Of a stretch of DNA of 64,000 nt, positions 61,910-64,000 are shown piece after piece. Below the pieces are notes generated by a model. It saw only the letters and a list, made by a program, of their open reading frames with translations. It was not told the origin of the DNA and made no database searches. The position numbers and the translations under genes are program-made. Source of the DNA: an uncultured Gemmatimonadota bacterium (GTDB taxonomy: Bacteria; JAAXHH01). How positions within the stretch are numbered: position 1 is the first letter of the stretch; every line of letters begins with the position of its first letter. The stretch covers positions 480,001-544,000 of the forward strand of contig OX638340.1 of NCBI GenBank assembly GCA_951812955.1. Reading direction: 5' to 3'.

Positions 61910-62674
61910 CTACCTCCCGATACGCCTCGATATGGAATCGACAAAATCCGCTAGATTGACCATGCAGTGTGCAACAATACCGGGACGGACGCTGCGCGAA
62001 TGGATCGTTGTGTAGATGAGCGGCAGGATACCCAACGTGCGGACCGGAATCATCCATGGGGCGTCAAAATGGTATATGGAGAAAAGTAAGCTGTGTATGG
62101 CGGGCTTCAGGCGGCCGAACTGGCCTGGCATTCTTGGGAGCAGATACCCGCGGAAATAAAGCTCTTCAGTTATGGGTACGAGCATGCCGGTGAGCACGAT
62201 ATTTGCTATCAGAACGATTCCTGTGACGTCCGAAATCCCTATCATCTGGTACTTAGCGAAGACGCTGAATCCTACTAGATTTTCAAGCCGGTGGGTGATC
62301 GGCTCAAACGCTACGAAGATAATTGCGGTTGGTACCAGGATCGTGGGAACCCAAATGAAATAGCGGAAACCGGAGACTGGCTGATTGTATACAACGATGC
62401 CTTCAAGCGACCACCCGGGGTTGTGCCGCTTCTTGGCCAGGTAGTAGAGGTAGCCCAGCTGCATGGGAATCAGCACGAATACGTTTGACAATACGCCGAT
62501 TAATAGCTCCGGCGGTAACGACGGGTTCCATAGCGTCGCAAATCCCAGCAAGGTCGCCGCTACGTTTGCGATGCCGGGAGCAAAATGGAGGAATAGACAC
62601 TTCCCGAGAGAATGAGGTTTAATAGCCGAACCGGTCGGACCTTCTTCGGTGCGGTTTGACGCAAGTGCATTCAT
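61910..62674 (-). CDS. CPBP-family (CAAX-like) intramembrane metalloprotease
   Basis: It has EELYFRG (motif 1), FxxxH (SIYHFD) and a C-terminal HxxxN (HCMVN) on a multi-TM scaffold. G+C is lower than in the flanking genes. Confidence 0.75.
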   Translation of the reverse strand: MNALASNRTEEGPTGSAIKPHSLGKCLFLHFAPGIANVAATLLGFATLWNPSLPPELLIGVLSNVFVLIPMQLGYLYYLAKKRHNPGWSLEGIVVYNQPVSGFRYFIWVPTILVPTAIIFVAFEPITHRLENLVGFSVFAKYQMIGISDVTGIVLIANIVLTGMLVPITEELYFRGYLLPRMPGQFGRLKPAIHSLLFSIYHFDAPWMIPVRTLGILPLIYTTIHSRSVRPGIVAHCMVNLADFVDSISRRIGR

Positions 62675-62873
62675 CCTGGATCTCCTCCAGTCTCATTCCC
62701 TTGAAGTGAGCAGGTATTTTCGCGATTATACGCTGTGACAACTTTCAAAGCCAGGATGAAAGTACCATCAGTTTTCCCTTTACTGATATGCATTCAGCGT
62801 GTATATTAAGCCGTCCAAATTAAGTGTATTCAATCATTAAACAATCGCCTCCCGTACAATTGCGAGACATCGG

Positions 62874-63866
62874 ATGAGCTACCAGCTAACGGATAGTTTC
62901 GGCCGAACGATCAACAACCTGCGGGTATCCGTAACGGATCAGTGCAATTTCCGCTGTATTTACTGCATGCCCGAAGTTGGGATGATCTTTCAGCCGCGGG
63001 AAGAGATCCTGACCTTCGAGGAGATCACCCGTTTCGTCGGGATCGTAACGGAACTCGGCATATCCAAGCTGCGGTTGACCGGCGGGGAGCCTACCGTTCG
63101 AAAGGATCTTCCGGTGCTGTTGCGCATGCTGGCGGCTGTCCCCGGCGTCCAGGACATGGCCATGACGACCAACGGGTTCCTGCTGAAGAAGATGTCGCGG
63201 GACATGTTCGAGGCGGGGTTGCCGCGGATCAACGTCAGCATGGATTCGCTGGACGAAGAGAAATTCAAGGAGATGACCCGCCGGGACGTCCTGCACAAGG
63301 TGCTGGATGGACTCGATGAGGCGACCCGGTATTTTCAGTTGCCGATCAAGATCAACGTGGTCGCCATGAAGGGATACACCGAAGACGAACTGCTGGATTT
63401 CGCGGAATTGGCGCGGACCGGCCCCTACCAGGTACGTTTCATCGAGTTCATGCCCCTCGACGCAGACCGGTCGTGGACCCGGGACCAGGTGCTGGACGGC
63501 GCTGAGATCATCGAACGGATCGGGGCGCGGTGGCCCCTGGACGCGGTGAAGCGTCCGGACCAGCGGGAGCCGGCCGACCTGTTCCAGTTCAGAGACGGCA
63601 AGGGCGAGATCGGTCTCATCGCATCGGTGAGCGAACCCTTTTGCAGCAGCTGCAACCGCATACGCATCACGGCGGACGGCAAGCTTCGGACCTGCCTGTT
63701 CTCGATTAATGAAACGGACATCAAGGCGTTGCTGCGAGGTGGCGCTTCCGATGGCGATATTGCCGAGACAGTCATCGAAGCGGTGCGCCACAAGGAGCCG
63801 GGGCATCACATCAACGAACCCGACTTCGTCCAGCCGGAACGGACCATGTCCTCCATCGGCGGATAG
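62874..63866 (+). CDS. moaA: GTP 3',8-cyclase (molybdenum cofactor biosynthesis protein A), radical SAM
   Basis: It has the N-terminal radical-SAM cluster CNFRCIYC and the C-terminal second cluster CSSCNRIRITADGKLRTC. The GGEPT motif is present. Confidence 0.9.
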   Translation: MSYQLTDSFGRTINNLRVSVTDQCNFRCIYCMPEVGMIFQPREEILTFEEITRFVGIVTELGISKLRLTGGEPTVRKDLPVLLRMLAAVPGVQDMAMTTNGFLLKKMSRDMFEAGLPRINVSMDSLDEEKFKEMTRRDVLHKVLDGLDEATRYFQLPIKINVVAMKGYTEDELLDFAELARTGPYQVRFIEFMPLDADRSWTRDQVLDGAEIIERIGARWPLDAVKRPDQREPADLFQFRDGKGEIGLIASVSEPFCSSCNRIRITADGKLRTCLFSINETDIKALLRGGASDGDIAETVIEAVRHKEPGHHINEPDFVQPERTMSSIGG

Positions 63867-64000
63867 CACGAAAGCAGTCATACAATACAAAAGTAGCGCC
63901 TGTGTGAAGGCCACTTTAACCGGATTGAACGAATTCAGAACCTGAGCGTATGTCAGAACCTGAATTGTCCGGGCGCACGAGCGTCTAACTCGGCGCCCGG

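Overview
This is a gene-dense, high-G+C bacterial chromosomal segment of about 64 kb. Most genes lie on the minus strand. There are no rRNA genes, no CRISPR array, and no recognisable transposase or integrase. I cannot assign taxonomy from sequence alone; the short RpoD-like sigma factor and the many secreted hydrolases point only loosely to a Gemmatimonadota- or Bacteroidota-like marine or soil organism.

The window contains:
- A core fatty-acid synthesis operon with no plsX or fabH at the canonical position: yceD, rpmF, fabD, fabG, acpP, fabF, rnc. It continues without a break into an LplA/LipB-family ligase and a 2095-aa FAS-like type I PKS.
- sucCD, xylB, a short RpoD-like sigma factor and moaA.
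- Four tRNAs: Pro-CGG, Pro-GGG, Arg-CCU and Thr-CGU.
- An operon on the minus strand of TonB-dependent receptor, membrane-anchored monoheme cytochrome c, an unknown protein, and a gene with an in-frame TGA. I interpret that last gene as a UGSC-motif selenoprotein.
- A long co-directional array of hydrolase and oxidoreductase genes: an APH-like kinase, a sulfatase-fold enzyme with a Thr nucleophile, a metallophosphoesterase, a dimethylformamidase-like protein, a phytanoyl-CoA-dioxygenase-family oxygenase, a luciferase-like monooxygenase, a large membrane protein and a TIM-barrel isomerase. The large membrane protein has a paralog at the window start.
- A PF01497-type binding protein, an exporter-fold ABC protein with an extra N-terminal domain, and a DUF1854-like protein, as one apparent transport unit.
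- A voltage-gated K+ channel on a low-GC islet next to tRNA-Thr.

A recurring oddity is short tandem direct duplications of 12 to 36 nt placed exactly at gene 5' ends or in promoter regions. I give them as separate observations.

All calls come from reading the sequence and the ORF translations. No database searches were run.
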